Origin: an uncultured delta proteobacterium
Lineage (GTDB): Bacteria; Myxococcota; Myxococcia; Myxococcales; Anaeromyxobacteraceae
Direction of reading: 5' to 3'
Length of the DNA: 64,000 nt
Assembly: GCA_963828255.1 (NCBI GenBank)
Contig: CAWHDZ010000017.1
Coordinates: forward strand, 1-64,000
Positions 11,379-20,846 of this stretch are shown piece by piece. The number at the start of each line of letters is the position of its first letter. The first letter of the stretch is position 1. Made by a program: the position numbers and the translations under genes. The notes under the pieces were generated by a model, which searched no databases, was not told where the DNA came from, and saw only the letters and a program-made list of their open reading frames with translations.

Positions 11379-12914
11379 GTGCTGATCGGCGGCTCCGGCT
11401 TCCTGGGGCGGCAGATGAGCGCGACGCTCCGCGATCGCTACGAGATCCACGTGCTGGCCCGGCGCACCGAGCGCGCCGTCGGCTTCACGCCCCACCGCGA
11501 CGTCCACTGGACCCAGGTGGACATCGGCGACCGGCCCTGGATCGGCCACGCCTTCGAGAAGCTGCGCGACCTGCCCCGCCCCCTGCATGTCGTCCACCTG
11601 GCCGCCCACTACGACTTCACCGGCAAGAATCACCCGGAGTACCAGCGCACCAACGTGGACGGGCTGCGCAACGTGCTCGAGCTCTGCAAGGAGCTCCGCC
11701 CCGACTCCTTCGTCTTCGCGAGCTCGCTCGCCGCCTGCGCCTTCCCGCCCCCGGGGAAGGCCCTCACGGAGGAGAGCCCGCCCGACGGCGACCACATCTA
11801 CGCCGCCACCAAGCGGGTCGGCGAGGGGATGGTGCGCGGGTACCAGCAGCACTTCCCCACCGTCATCGTGCGCATGGCGGCGCTCTTCTCCGACTGGTGC
11901 GAGTACCCGCCGCTCTACTTCTTCCTGCGCACCTGGCTGTCCAACGCCTGGAACCGCAACGTCCTGGGCGGCCACGGCGACTCGGCCATCCCCTACCTCC
12001 ACGTCCGCTGCGCGGTGCGCTTCTACGAGCGGATCCTCGAGGTGGCGCCACGGCTGGGCCCCTCGGAGGTGGTGATCTGCTCGCCGGACGGGTCGATCTC
12101 CCACCGGGACACCTTCGAGGCCGCCACCGCCTCCTGGTTCGGGCGCGCCCTGCACGCGTTCGGGACTGCCAGGGTCATCGCCCGGCTGGGCCTGTGGGTC
12201 ATGGAGCAGACGGGGCGGTTCCGCGCCGAGCCTCCCTTCGAGCGCTCCTGGATGGGGCGCTACATCGACCTCAGGCTCGAGACCGACGGCCACCGGACCC
12301 GGGAGAAGATCGGCTGGTCACCGAACCCGCGCCTCTTCCTCCTCCGGCGCATCCCCTTCCTCCTCGAGAACCTCCGCGGGAACCCGCTCGAGTGGCACGC
12401 CCGCAACCTGGCCGCCATCGAGTCGATGCGCGTCGCGCCCAACCTGGCGCTCTACCACCTGCTGCACGAGCACGACGAGGAGATGCGCCGCGTCTCCACC
12501 GCGCGCTTCCTCGACCCCAAGGACGGGGTGCTGCTCCACCACTACCAGGAGATGGACCCGGAGGAGCTGCACTGGGCCAAGCGGCAGCTCTTCCTCCAGT
12601 TCCGCAACGCCATCCGCACCGACGACCGGACCGTCTTCCGCTCCTACTGCCGCGAGCTGGCCGACCGCCGGCACCAGCAGGGCTTCACCGTGGGCGAGGT
12701 CTGCGCGGCCATGGAGCTGGAGCGCCAGGTGGTGCTCTCGACGCTGCGGGCCGACCCCCGGACCACGAAGCTCATCGGCGACGTGAACGAGCGGGTGGTC
12801 TCCACCTTCGCCGCCGGGATCGACGAGATCCAGGACGTCTTCGAGGAGCTGGACGGCTTCCACCCCGCGGGCTTCAGCGACGGGCAGTCGATCTGGCCAG
12901 CCAACCAGCCGTGA
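11379..12914 (+). CDS. NAD-dependent epimerase/dehydratase (extended SDR) fused to a C-terminal helical, RsbRD_N/globin-like domain
   Basis: GGSGFLG, VVHLAA and YAATK motifs. The C-terminal ~150 aa are helical (LADRRHQQGFTVGEV). The true start may be slightly upstream. Confidence 0.75.
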   Translation: MLIGGSGFLGRQMSATLRDRYEIHVLARRTERAVGFTPHRDVHWTQVDIGDRPWIGHAFEKLRDLPRPLHVVHLAAHYDFTGKNHPEYQRTNVDGLRNVLELCKELRPDSFVFASSLAACAFPPPGKALTEESPPDGDHIYAATKRVGEGMVRGYQQHFPTVIVRMAALFSDWCEYPPLYFFLRTWLSNAWNRNVLGGHGDSAIPYLHVRCAVRFYERILEVAPRLGPSEVVICSPDGSISHRDTFEAATASWFGRALHAFGTARVIARLGLWVMEQTGRFRAEPPFERSWMGRYIDLRLETDGHRTREKIGWSPNPRLFLLRRIPFLLENLRGNPLEWHARNLAAIESMRVAPNLALYHLLHEHDEEMRRVSTARFLDPKDGVLLHHYQEMDPEELHWAKRQLFLQFRNAIRTDDRTVFRSYCRELADRRHQQGFTVGEVCAAMELERQVVLSTLRADPRTTKLIGDVNERVVSTFAAGIDEIQDVFEELDGFHPAGFSDGQSIWPANQP

Positions 12915-13236
12915 GCCCCATGAGGGCGTCGCCCGCCGCCGAGAAGGGGATGGCCCACCCCGGCGCGCCCCCGAGCCAGGAGGCGGCCAGGAAGACCGCC
13001 GCGACCGACTTGGCGGTGACGAGCAGGGCCACGCTGCCGCGCCGCAGGTCGAGGAGGTAGCCCGTCGCCAGCACCAGGTGGAACACCCCGGCCTGGCGGG
13101 CCAGGAAGAGCGGGTGCACCGGGCCGAACCCGGCGAAGGCCGTGGCCCACTCCGGGAAGAAGGTGAGGGCGATCCCCACCGCCGCGCTGTGGGCGGCGAC
13201 GAGGATCACCACGAGCCGCAGGAGCGGTGGGACCAC
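12874..13236 (-). CDS. Small 4-TM membrane protein downstream of hybC
   Basis: C-terminal 120 aa of ORF 12874..16164 with four hydrophobic segments; GTG start 14 nt after the hybC stop. Confidence 0.65.
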   Translation of the reverse strand: MVPPLLRLVVILVAAHSAAVGIALTFFPEWATAFAGFGPVHPLFLARQAGVFHLVLATGYLLDLRRGSVALLVTAKSVAAVFLAASWLGGAPGWAIPFSAAGDALMGLTAGWLARSTARR

Positions 13237-13250
13237 GGGGCTGGCAGGCC

Positions 13251-14951
13251 TCAGAGCGCCTTCACCTTGGCGATCTCGTTCCCGCTGGCGTCGTGGACGT
13301 GGACGGCGCAGGCGAGGCACGGGTCGAAGGAGTGGATGGTCCGCAGGGCCTCGAGGGGCTTGTCGGCCTGGGCGATGGGGTTGCCCACCAGCGAGGCCTC
13401 GTACGGGCCGGCCTGATCCCTGGCGTCGCGGGGGCCGGCGTTCCAGGTGGAGGGGACCACCGCCTGGTAGTTCTTGATCTTCCCGTTCTCGATGACCACC
13501 CAGTGGGAGAGGACGCCGCGCGGCGCCTCGTGGACGCCGTAGCCGCGCACCGTCCCAGACGGGAACTTGGGTTCGACGTAGACCGCCGTGTCGCCCTTGC
13601 CGATGTTGGCGGCCAGCAGCCCCCAGTGCTTGAGCACGATCTCGGAGAGAGCCGCGGCCCGGATGGCCCGGGCGGCGATGCGCCCCAGCGTGGAGTGGAG
13701 CACCGCCGGGGTGAGCTTGACGCCGGCCACCTTGCCGGCGATGGCCAGGCACTGGTTCGACCAGCGCTGGATGCGCTCGTCGCCCAGCGCGTAGCCCACC
13801 AGCACCTGGGAGAGCGGCCCCACCTGCATGGGCTTGCCGTCGAAGCGCGGCGCCTTCACCCAGGAGTACTTCTTGTCCGGGTCCCAGGGGTTGAACTTGG
13901 GGTCGGTGGTCCCGTCGTAGGGGTGCTTCTGCCAGTCGCCGTCGTAGTAGGCCCGGGCGATGCTCTCGGTGACGTTCTTCTCGAAGTACTCGTCCTTCCA
14001 CGACTTGATGGCCTTCACCGTGGAGAGGTCGCCGTTCATGATGGTGCCGCCGGGCAGGTCGAACTGGGTGGCCGCGGCGTCGGTGGGCAGGTCGGGGACG
14101 GCCAGGTAGTTCGTCACCCCGGCGCCGTAGCCCAGCCACTCGGGGTACATGCCGCCGATGGCCGCCACGTCGGGGAAGTAGACCTGCTGGACGAAGCGCA
14201 CCACCGACTCGAGCTGCGACCGGATCTCGAACAGCTTGTTCATGTTGAGCGGCGAGGCGGCATCCAGGTTGATGGCGTTGGCCACGCCGCCCACCGCCAG
14301 GTTCTGGATGTTGGGCGTCTTCGATCCCAGGATGGCCACCGCCTTCAGGGCGGAGCGCTGGAAGTCGAGGGCCTGGAGGTAGTGGGCCACGGCGAGCAGG
14401 TTCACCTCCGGCGAAAGCTTCATGGCCGGATGGCCCCAGTAGCCGTTGGAGAAGATGCCCAGCTGGCCGCGGGCCACGAACTGCTTGAGCCGCTCCTGGA
14501 CGGCCCTGAACTCCTGCACGCTGTTGCCGGGCCACTCGGAGAGCGACTGGGCGATGGCCGCCGACCTGGCCGGGTCGGCCTTGAGGGCCGAGACCACGTC
14601 CACCCAGTCGAGCGCGCACAGCTGGTAGAAGTGGACGATGTGATCGTGCAGCGCGTGGGCCGAGATGATCAGGTTGCGGATGAGCTGGGCGTTGAGCGGA
14701 ATTTCCAGGTTCAGCGCGTTCTCCACCGCGCGCACCGACGCCACCGAGTGGACCGTGGTGCAGACGCCGCAGATGCGCTGGGTGAAGATCCAGGCCTCGC
14801 GGGGATCGCGCCCCTGGAGGATGGTCTCGATGCCGCGCCACATGGTGCCGCTCGACCAGGCCTTGCCGATCTTGCCGCCGTCGACATCGAAGTCGACGCG
14901 GAGGTGCCCCTCGATGCGGGTGACGGGGTCGATGGTGATTCGCTTGCTCAT
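13251..14951 (-). CDS. hybC: [NiFe]-hydrogenase-2 large subunit
   Basis: L1 motif QRICGVCTTVH and L2 motif SFDPCLACAVH with a cleavable C-terminal extension. Confidence 0.95.
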   Translation of the reverse strand: MSKRITIDPVTRIEGHLRVDFDVDGGKIGKAWSSGTMWRGIETILQGRDPREAWIFTQRICGVCTTVHSVASVRAVENALNLEIPLNAQLIRNLIISAHALHDHIVHFYQLCALDWVDVVSALKADPARSAAIAQSLSEWPGNSVQEFRAVQERLKQFVARGQLGIFSNGYWGHPAMKLSPEVNLLAVAHYLQALDFQRSALKAVAILGSKTPNIQNLAVGGVANAINLDAASPLNMNKLFEIRSQLESVVRFVQQVYFPDVAAIGGMYPEWLGYGAGVTNYLAVPDLPTDAAATQFDLPGGTIMNGDLSTVKAIKSWKDEYFEKNVTESIARAYYDGDWQKHPYDGTTDPKFNPWDPDKKYSWVKAPRFDGKPMQVGPLSQVLVGYALGDERIQRWSNQCLAIAGKVAGVKLTPAVLHSTLGRIAARAIRAAALSEIVLKHWGLLAANIGKGDTAVYVEPKFPSGTVRGYGVHEAPRGVLSHWVVIENGKIKNYQAVVPSTWNAGPRDARDQAGPYEASLVGNPIAQADKPLEALRTIHSFDPCLACAVHVHDASGNEIAKVKAL

Positions 14952-14960
14952 GGGAGACCT

Positions 14961-16145
14961 CTAGCGGCTTTCGGCCGGGGTGGCGCTGGAGAGGACGGGG
15001 AACCGCCGGACGATCCACAGGTAGATCATCACCTGCGCGGCCACGAAGCCGGCGGTGATGAGGATCTCCAGCGTGGACGGGAAGTAGCTCCACCCCGGGC
15101 CCGGATCGTAGGCGACGATGTAGGTGTTGAAGCGGTAGAGCACGCCGCCTGCCAGGATGGCGAAGGCGGCTCCGAACTGGGTCGAGGCACGCTCCCGGGC
15201 GTTCTTCCCCAGAAGCACCAGCCCGGGCACGAGGAGGAGCAGGGTCTCCAGCCAGAACCAGCCGGCGTACTTGCTCAACCCGAAGGCGGCGCCCAGGCTC
15301 CCGCGCACGGCCAGGTCGCCGAAGCGGACCACCAGGAAGAGCAGGACCACGGCGCCCATGACGGGAGCCAGGGAGCCGAGCAGCCGGGTCTCGGAGCGGC
15401 GCTTGAAGGCCTGGGAGGATGCCGTGGACTCGGCGGTCACTGCGGCGTAGCCCAGGAAGAGGGCGTTCACCAGGAAGAGCAGGGGCAGGAGCGGGGAGAA
15501 CCAGAGCGGGTGCATCTTCGAGAAGGGCAGCATCATCACCGTGCCCAGCGACGACTGGTGCATGGTGGGGAGCAGCAGGCCGAGGGCGATGATCCAGGGC
15601 AGGGCCCGGTCGAGCCGGGGACCGGCCGACTCGGCGAAGGAACGCTGGCCAGGGGTCCCGGAGGCGCGCCAGCGCTCCAGGATCGAGGGCGAGAACTCGA
15701 TCCAGAGCACCAGCACGTAGGTCATCACGCAGAGCGCGACCTCGAGAAGCGCCGAGTCGAAGTTCCACCAGGAGACGTAGGTGGGGATCTTCCACATGCC
15801 CCAGTAGCGCCCCACGTCCACGATGATGGAGGTCGCCGCGAAGGTGTAGCCCAGCGCGCCGGTGAGCATGGCCGGGCGCACCAGCGGGTGGTACTTCCCC
15901 CGGTTGGCCACGTAGACCATGAGGGCCATGGCGTAGCCGCCGCAGCCGAGCGCGGTGCCCACCACCACGTCGAGGGCGATCCAGATGCCCCAGGCGTAGC
16001 CGTCGGACATGCCGCTGGCCGCGCCCAGCCCCTGGCCGAAGCGGATCACCAGGGCCGCCACGCCGACGAGCGCGACGAGCGCCATGAGGTTGAAGAACGG
16101 GGTGGTGAGCTTGCCGCCCACCGGGGTCGCCTTGACGTGGCTCAT
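14961..16145 (-). CDS. hybB: Hydrogenase-2 membrane subunit (NrfD/PsrC family)
   Basis: GYAWGIWIALDVVVGTALGCGGY and LPTMHQSSLG motifs; position in the operon. Confidence 0.92.
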   Translation of the reverse strand: MSHVKATPVGGKLTTPFFNLMALVALVGVAALVIRFGQGLGAASGMSDGYAWGIWIALDVVVGTALGCGGYAMALMVYVANRGKYHPLVRPAMLTGALGYTFAATSIIVDVGRYWGMWKIPTYVSWWNFDSALLEVALCVMTYVLVLWIEFSPSILERWRASGTPGQRSFAESAGPRLDRALPWIIALGLLLPTMHQSSLGTVMMLPFSKMHPLWFSPLLPLLFLVNALFLGYAAVTAESTASSQAFKRRSETRLLGSLAPVMGAVVLLFLVVRFGDLAVRGSLGAAFGLSKYAGWFWLETLLLLVPGLVLLGKNARERASTQFGAAFAILAGGVLYRFNTYIVAYDPGPGWSYFPSTLEILITAGFVAAQVMIYLWIVRRFPVLSSATPAESR

Positions 16146-17038
16146 GGCTTCTTCTCCTCGTCACCGCCGCCCCGGGTGTTCTTCCAGACGGCGAACCCGA
16201 TGGCGGCGTAGAGGGCCACCGGGGCGATCATCCCCTTGTAGATGCCGTGCTGGATGGAGGTGGAGAGCTGGGGCTGGGGCGTGGCGTCCACCCTGGGCAG
16301 CCCGAGCGACTCGAAGGGAACGTCGGCCGCGGTGAGGTAGAGACACTGGGTCCCGCCCACCTCGTGCTCGCCGTAGATCCGGGCCAGGTACTTGCCCGGG
16401 GAGGCGGCCTGGCGCCTCCTGGCCTCGGCCATGAGGTCGGGGACCTTGCCGGAGATCACCGCCTCGCGGGGACAGACCTCGGAGCAGGCAGGCCCCTCCT
16501 TGCGGTGGCGGCACATCTCGCACTTCACCATGATCGGGATGGCCTTCGACCACTGGAACTTGGGGACGTTGAAGGGGCAGGCGATCTGGCAGTAGCGGTC
16601 GCCCAGGCAGCGGCTCTGGTCGTAGGTGATCACGCCGCCCGGACCCTTCTGGTAGGCCTTGATCATGCAGGCGCTCACGCAGGCCGGGTCGAGGCACTGC
16701 ATGCACTGCCGCTTCACGAAGGCGAAGCGGTCGCCCTGCGTGGCCACCTGGATCACCGTCTTGGTGGTGGCGTTCAGGTCGTCGGGCGCGTCGTAGGGTG
16801 CGCCGTTGATGCGCAGGGCGTCCACGGGCAGCTCGTTGGCCTGCTTGCACCTGGTCACGCAGGCGCGGCACCCGATGCAGAGGGTCGAGTCGTAGAGGAG
16901 CCCCACGTCATCGGGCTTCCGGGCGCGCCTCTCGGCGGCCTCGGCGGTCGTGGGGACGGCCACGGCGGCGGCTCCGGCCACCGCCGCGCCCGCCACGGCC
17001 GCGCCCTGGAGGAGCTGGCGGCGAGTGAGGGTGGTCAT
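16142..17038 (-). CDS. hybA: Hydrogenase-2 4Fe-4S ferredoxin subunit, Tat signal
   Basis: MTTLTRRQLL Tat motif; CIGCRACVTRC, CMQCLDPACVSAC and CEMC clusters. It is the C-terminal part of ORF 16142..17980. Confidence 0.92.
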   Translation of the reverse strand: MTTLTRRQLLQGAAVAGAAVAGAAAVAVPTTAEAAERRARKPDDVGLLYDSTLCIGCRACVTRCKQANELPVDALRINGAPYDAPDDLNATTKTVIQVATQGDRFAFVKRQCMQCLDPACVSACMIKAYQKGPGGVITYDQSRCLGDRYCQIACPFNVPKFQWSKAIPIMVKCEMCRHRKEGPACSEVCPREAVISGKVPDLMAEARRRQAASPGKYLARIYGEHEVGGTQCLYLTAADVPFESLGLPRVDATPQPQLSTSIQHGIYKGMIAPVALYAAIGFAVWKNTRGGGDEEKKP

Positions 17039-17040
17039 GG

Positions 17041-18180
17041 TCACTTCTCCTCTCCGCCGTCCTTCTCGGAGGGCTGCTGCCCCAGCTTGCGGGTCATGAC
17101 GATGCCCGCGCCCACGGCCGCTCCGATGGCCACGCCGGCGATGCCCGTGGCGACCGGGCTCACCTCGCCGTGCTTGGCGTTCACCGACGGATACATGCCC
17201 GGGGGCCCGAGCTGCTCCGGCTCGACGGTCTGGAACATGGGCACCCGGAAGGCCAGCTCCTTCTCGGTGCAGCCGAAGCACTGCGCGCCGATGCCGATGG
17301 GCCATGCGCCGACCACCTCGCCGAAGTGGAGCAGCGAGCAGTTGGCGTGGGTGCGCGGCCCCTTGCAGCCCATCTTGTAGAGGCACCAGCCCTGCCGCGA
17401 GCCCTCGTCGCCGTAGCGCTGCGCGAAGCGGCCAGCGTCGAAGTGGGCGCGGCGCGGGCAGTCGTCGTGGATGACCCGGCTGTAGGCGAACTTGGGGCGG
17501 GCCTTGGCGTCGAGTTCGGGCAGGGTCCCGAAGGTCGCGTACTGCAGCACCAGGCCGAGCAGGTTGTAGGGGTTGGCCGGGCAGCCCGGGATGGTGACGA
17601 CCGTCTTGCCCTTCAGGATGTCGCCCACGCCCGAGGCGCCGGTGGGGTTCGGTTCGGCGGACGGGATGCCGCCCCAGGAAGCACAGGAGCCGATGGCGAT
17701 GATCGCGCCGGCGTGGCTGGCCACGTCCTTCACGATGTCGAGGGCGGTGCGGTCGCCGATCCGGCAGAAGTTGCCGTTGTCCTTCACCGGGATGGCGCCC
17801 TCCACCACCAGCACGAACTTGCCGTCGTTTTCCCTGATGGCCTCGGCGAGCACCTTCTCCGCCTGGTGCCCGGCCGCCGCCATGAGGGTCTCGTTGTAGT
17901 CGAGCGAGATGAGATCGAGGATCAGCTCGGCCACGCCGGGGTGGCTGGTGCGCAGCAGCGTCTCGGTGCAGCCGGTGCACTCCTGGAAATGGAGCCAGAT
18001 GACCGAGGGCTTCTTCGGCAGGGCAACCCGGGCCGCCATCTTCTCGGCGGCGGACGCGGGGAGGCCGACGGCCGCTGCGGCCAGCGAGCAGATCTTCAGG
18101 AAGTCGCGCCGGCCTACCCCCGAGGCGATCGCGGCGGCGGCGCTGGTGAGGTTGGAGACTTGAAGGGCATCGCGGTCCAT
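17041..18180 (-). CDS. hybO: [NiFe]-hydrogenase small subunit, Tat signal
   Basis: RRDFLK, ECTGC, PGCP, HDDCPRR, CLYKMGCKGP motifs and a C-terminal TM; ATG after GGAGG. Confidence 0.95.
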   Translation of the reverse strand: MDRDALQVSNLTSAAAAIASGVGRRDFLKICSLAAAAVGLPASAAEKMAARVALPKKPSVIWLHFQECTGCTETLLRTSHPGVAELILDLISLDYNETLMAAAGHQAEKVLAEAIRENDGKFVLVVEGAIPVKDNGNFCRIGDRTALDIVKDVASHAGAIIAIGSCASWGGIPSAEPNPTGASGVGDILKGKTVVTIPGCPANPYNLLGLVLQYATFGTLPELDAKARPKFAYSRVIHDDCPRRAHFDAGRFAQRYGDEGSRQGWCLYKMGCKGPRTHANCSLLHFGEVVGAWPIGIGAQCFGCTEKELAFRVPMFQTVEPEQLGPPGMYPSVNAKHGEVSPVATGIAGVAIGAAVGAGIVMTRKLGQQPSEKDGGEEK

Positions 18181-18472
18181 GTGGACACCTCCAGAAGGGT
18201 GCCCAAGGGTGGACGATGCACCCCCCAGATTTCCTTGCGCCGGGTCATTTATCCGAAAAAGGTGCGCGCAAAGGTTGCAAGAATCCCATCTGGGTACCCA
18301 CTTGCGGCCCGCCCGGCGGAGGCACATGATCAGCCCGTAGCACTCCTGAAGCACTCACCATGAGGAGGCTGAGATAGCGGAACCGTCGAACCAGACGACA
18401 GATTCGCATTCTCCACCGGCGTGAAGCCGGACGGGCTCCCGCCCAAGGGAGCCAAACAGGTAGCGCAGGAAC

Positions 18473-18496
18473 GAAGAGGCCCCGAGGGGCCTCTTC
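18473..18496. other. Perfect 11-bp hairpin (GAAGAGGCCCC-GA-GGGGCCTCTTC), terminator-like
   Basis: Inverted repeat read directly; it lies between divergent genes. Confidence 0.5.
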
Positions 18497-18533
18497 CCAT
18501 GTCCGGACCGCGCGCTTCGCCTAGAATCCCCCG

Positions 18534-19091
18534 ATGATCAGGCCCCTCACCGTCTCCGCGCTCGCGGTGGCCCTTCTCGGGTGCGCCACGACTCCGAAGC
18601 CGCCCGCACCCCCCGTCCCCATGACGGAACCGCCCTCTGGCGGACCCGGCGAGTTCAGCCCGAAGGGTGAGGTGATCTGGAAGGACCTCACCGGCGTCAG
18701 CCCGCCGCGGCGGGTCTCCTTCGACGACTGGCGCGTCCAGGGGCCGAGCGTCTCGCTCACCCGCTCCTCCGACGGCCGATGGGTCGGCAGGGCGCGCGGG
18801 AAGGACGTCGCGTTCACCGCCGTCGCCGGGAAGATCTCCGGCGGCGACACCGACCTCGCCGTGACCATGGGTGAAAAGGGGGAGATCGTCGTCGAGGGGG
18901 CCTGGGGCGGGAAGCGGGTCCGGCTCGTGCTCGCCAAGGACCGGGTCAGCGGGGCCCTCCCCGGCGGCCCGATCGACATGACCGACATGGGCACCGGGAT
19001 GTTCAACAGCTACCAGGGCATGCTGCAGATCTCCGGGCCGCCCGACATGCCCCAGATCGCCATCGCCCTGCTCGACGCGATGGTCCGGTAG
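18534..19091 (+). CDS. Hypothetical lipoprotein
   Basis: Lipobox LLGC after a hydrophobic signal. Confidence 0.75.
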   Translation: MIRPLTVSALAVALLGCATTPKPPAPPVPMTEPPSGGPGEFSPKGEVIWKDLTGVSPPRRVSFDDWRVQGPSVSLTRSSDGRWVGRARGKDVAFTAVAGKISGGDTDLAVTMGEKGEIVVEGAWGGKRVRLVLAKDRVSGALPGGPIDMTDMGTGMFNSYQGMLQISGPPDMPQIAIALLDAMVR

Positions 19092-19096
19092 GCGGG

Positions 19097-19741
19097 ATGG
19101 CGCTGCCTCGCCCCGCCGCCCGCGCCGCCGCCCTGGGGCGCCCGGCCACCGACCCGGGGTGCGCAGGGTGCGCCCACCTGGTCACGCTGCGTGCGCTGCG
19201 GCGCGCCGGGGTCGAGGTGCAGGGAGGGCTCGGCTGCGAGGAGGGGGAGGCGAGGGCCTTCGTCCCGTCGTACGGTCGCTGGGGCGCGGTGACCGGCGTG
19301 GTCCGCCTGCTCCGGGAGGGCGCGCCCGCGCTGCTCGCCGAGGCGTCCCGGGCCGGGGCGGGGCTCCTCGTGATCGCCGACCGGGTCGCGCCGGTGCGCT
19401 CGCTGCGCATCGAGGAGGAACTGGCCCGGGCCGGGGCAAGCCACGCCTGGATGGACCTCGACGACGCCGTCGCGGCGGAGGCGCTGGTCCGCGAGGTGCT
19501 GGACGGGCCGGGGCGGGTGATCGTGGCCCTGGCCCGCTGCGTGCGCGGCGTCCCCCATGCCCCCCCGCTCGCCGTGGAGGCATCGCTCTGCAACCGCTGC
19601 GGCTCCTGCCTCACGCTGGCCTGCCCGGCCCTCTCCGACGGGGAGGAGGCGACGGTGGTGGACCCGGCCGCCTGCACGGGGTGCAGCCGCTGCGCGCCAC
19701 TCTGCCGGTCCCGCGCACTCGGCGCGCCCCGGCCGGTGTAG
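19097..19741 (+). CDS. Degenerate IorA-C-terminal-like protein with a 2x[4Fe-4S] domain
   Basis: GCAGCAH and GGLGC motifs; CNRCGSC..CP and CTGCSRC..C clusters. Confidence 0.65.
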   Translation: MALPRPAARAAALGRPATDPGCAGCAHLVTLRALRRAGVEVQGGLGCEEGEARAFVPSYGRWGAVTGVVRLLREGAPALLAEASRAGAGLLVIADRVAPVRSLRIEEELARAGASHAWMDLDDAVAAEALVREVLDGPGRVIVALARCVRGVPHAPPLAVEASLCNRCGSCLTLACPALSDGEEATVVDPAACTGCSRCAPLCRSRALGAPRPV

Positions 19742-19752
19742 TCTCCCCGGCC

Positions 19753-20367
19753 ATGCCCGCCCTGCCCCGCTTCTCCGCCTTCACCGACGGCTCGTCCCTC
19801 GTGAACCCGGGAGGGCCGGGCGGGACCGGCTTCGTGGTCCTCGACCGCGGGACCATGGCCATCCGATTCGGCGGTACACGCTGGGTGAATGACGGCCCGG
19901 CCGGCGTGACCAACAACCGCATGGAGCTGCGGTCCGTGCTGGACGCCCTCGAGGGGATCCCCGGCGGCGAGGCGGTCGAGCTGACCTCCGATTCGCGGTA
20001 CGTCATCGACGCGCTGACGAGGTGGATCGCGGGGTGGCGCCGCAAGGGCTGGCGAACCTCCACCGGCGGCCCGGTCCTGAACCGGGACCTCATCGAGGCC
20101 ATCGACGCCAGGCAGGCGGAGCTCCGCGTCCGATACTCCTGGGTGCGCGGCCACGTCGGGCACCCGGTGAACGAGATCTGCGACGCGCTGGCCTCGTCGG
20201 CCGCGCGCAGGCAGCCCGGGCCGGCGGCGGGCGCCGTGGTCGCCGCGCTGCGCGCGCAGGGGCTCCTGGGAGCGTCGGACGAGCCGCGCGTGGCGGAAGC
20301 GGGCTTCGGGTCGCCTCGTCCCGCCGCCGCGGCGCCGGGGCGGAGTCAGCTCTCGCTGGATCTCTGA
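19753..20367 (+). CDS. rnhA: Ribonuclease HI
   Basis: FTDGS, TNNRMEL, SDSRYV and WVRGH..NEICD motifs. Confidence 0.92.
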   Translation: MPALPRFSAFTDGSSLVNPGGPGGTGFVVLDRGTMAIRFGGTRWVNDGPAGVTNNRMELRSVLDALEGIPGGEAVELTSDSRYVIDALTRWIAGWRRKGWRTSTGGPVLNRDLIEAIDARQAELRVRYSWVRGHVGHPVNEICDALASSAARRQPGPAAGAVVAALRAQGLLGASDEPRVAEAGFGSPRPAAAAPGRSQLSLDL

Positions 20368-20843
20368 GGGGCGGCCGGGTCGCCCCAGCCGGCCGGGACC
20401 TCCACCGCCACCACCTCGGCGCGGGCCACCGCGCGTCCGTCGGAGCGCATGGTGCACTCCACGATGCGCTTCCTGCCGCTGGCCTCGCGCACGCGGGCCC
20501 GCAGCTCCACGGGGCGGTCGATGGGGGTGGGGGCCAGGTAGTCGATGCGGAGCGACGCGGTCACGCACCAGCGGTGCGGCTCACTGCCGATGGCCTGCCC
20601 GGCCGCGCGGTATGCGTCGGCGATGGCCGTGCAGACCGAGTGGCAGTCGATGACCGCGGCGATGATGCCGCCGTAGAGGACGGTGGTCGGCCCGGCCATG
20701 TGGTCGGGCGAGGGCTCGAAGGTGCAGACCACCTCGTCCCCCTCCACGAAGCTCTTGATCCGGAGCCCGCGCGGGTTCAGCGTCCCGCAGCCGAAGCAGT
20801 GGTTGTGCGGGAGCAGGTCCTGGATGGCGACGGGAACGGGCAC
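20346..20843 (-). CDS. PaaI family hot-dog-fold thioesterase
   Basis: [22 protein letters not shown] and TASLRIDYL motifs. Confidence 0.85.
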   Translation of the reverse strand: MPVPVAIQDLLPHNHCFGCGTLNPRGLRIKSFVEGDEVVCTFEPSPDHMAGPTTVLYGGIIAAVIDCHSVCTAIADAYRAAGQAIGSEPHRWCVTASLRIDYLAPTPIDRPVELRARVREASGRKRIVECTMRSDGRAVARAEVVAVEVPAGWGDPAAPQRSSES

Positions 20844-20846
20844 CGC

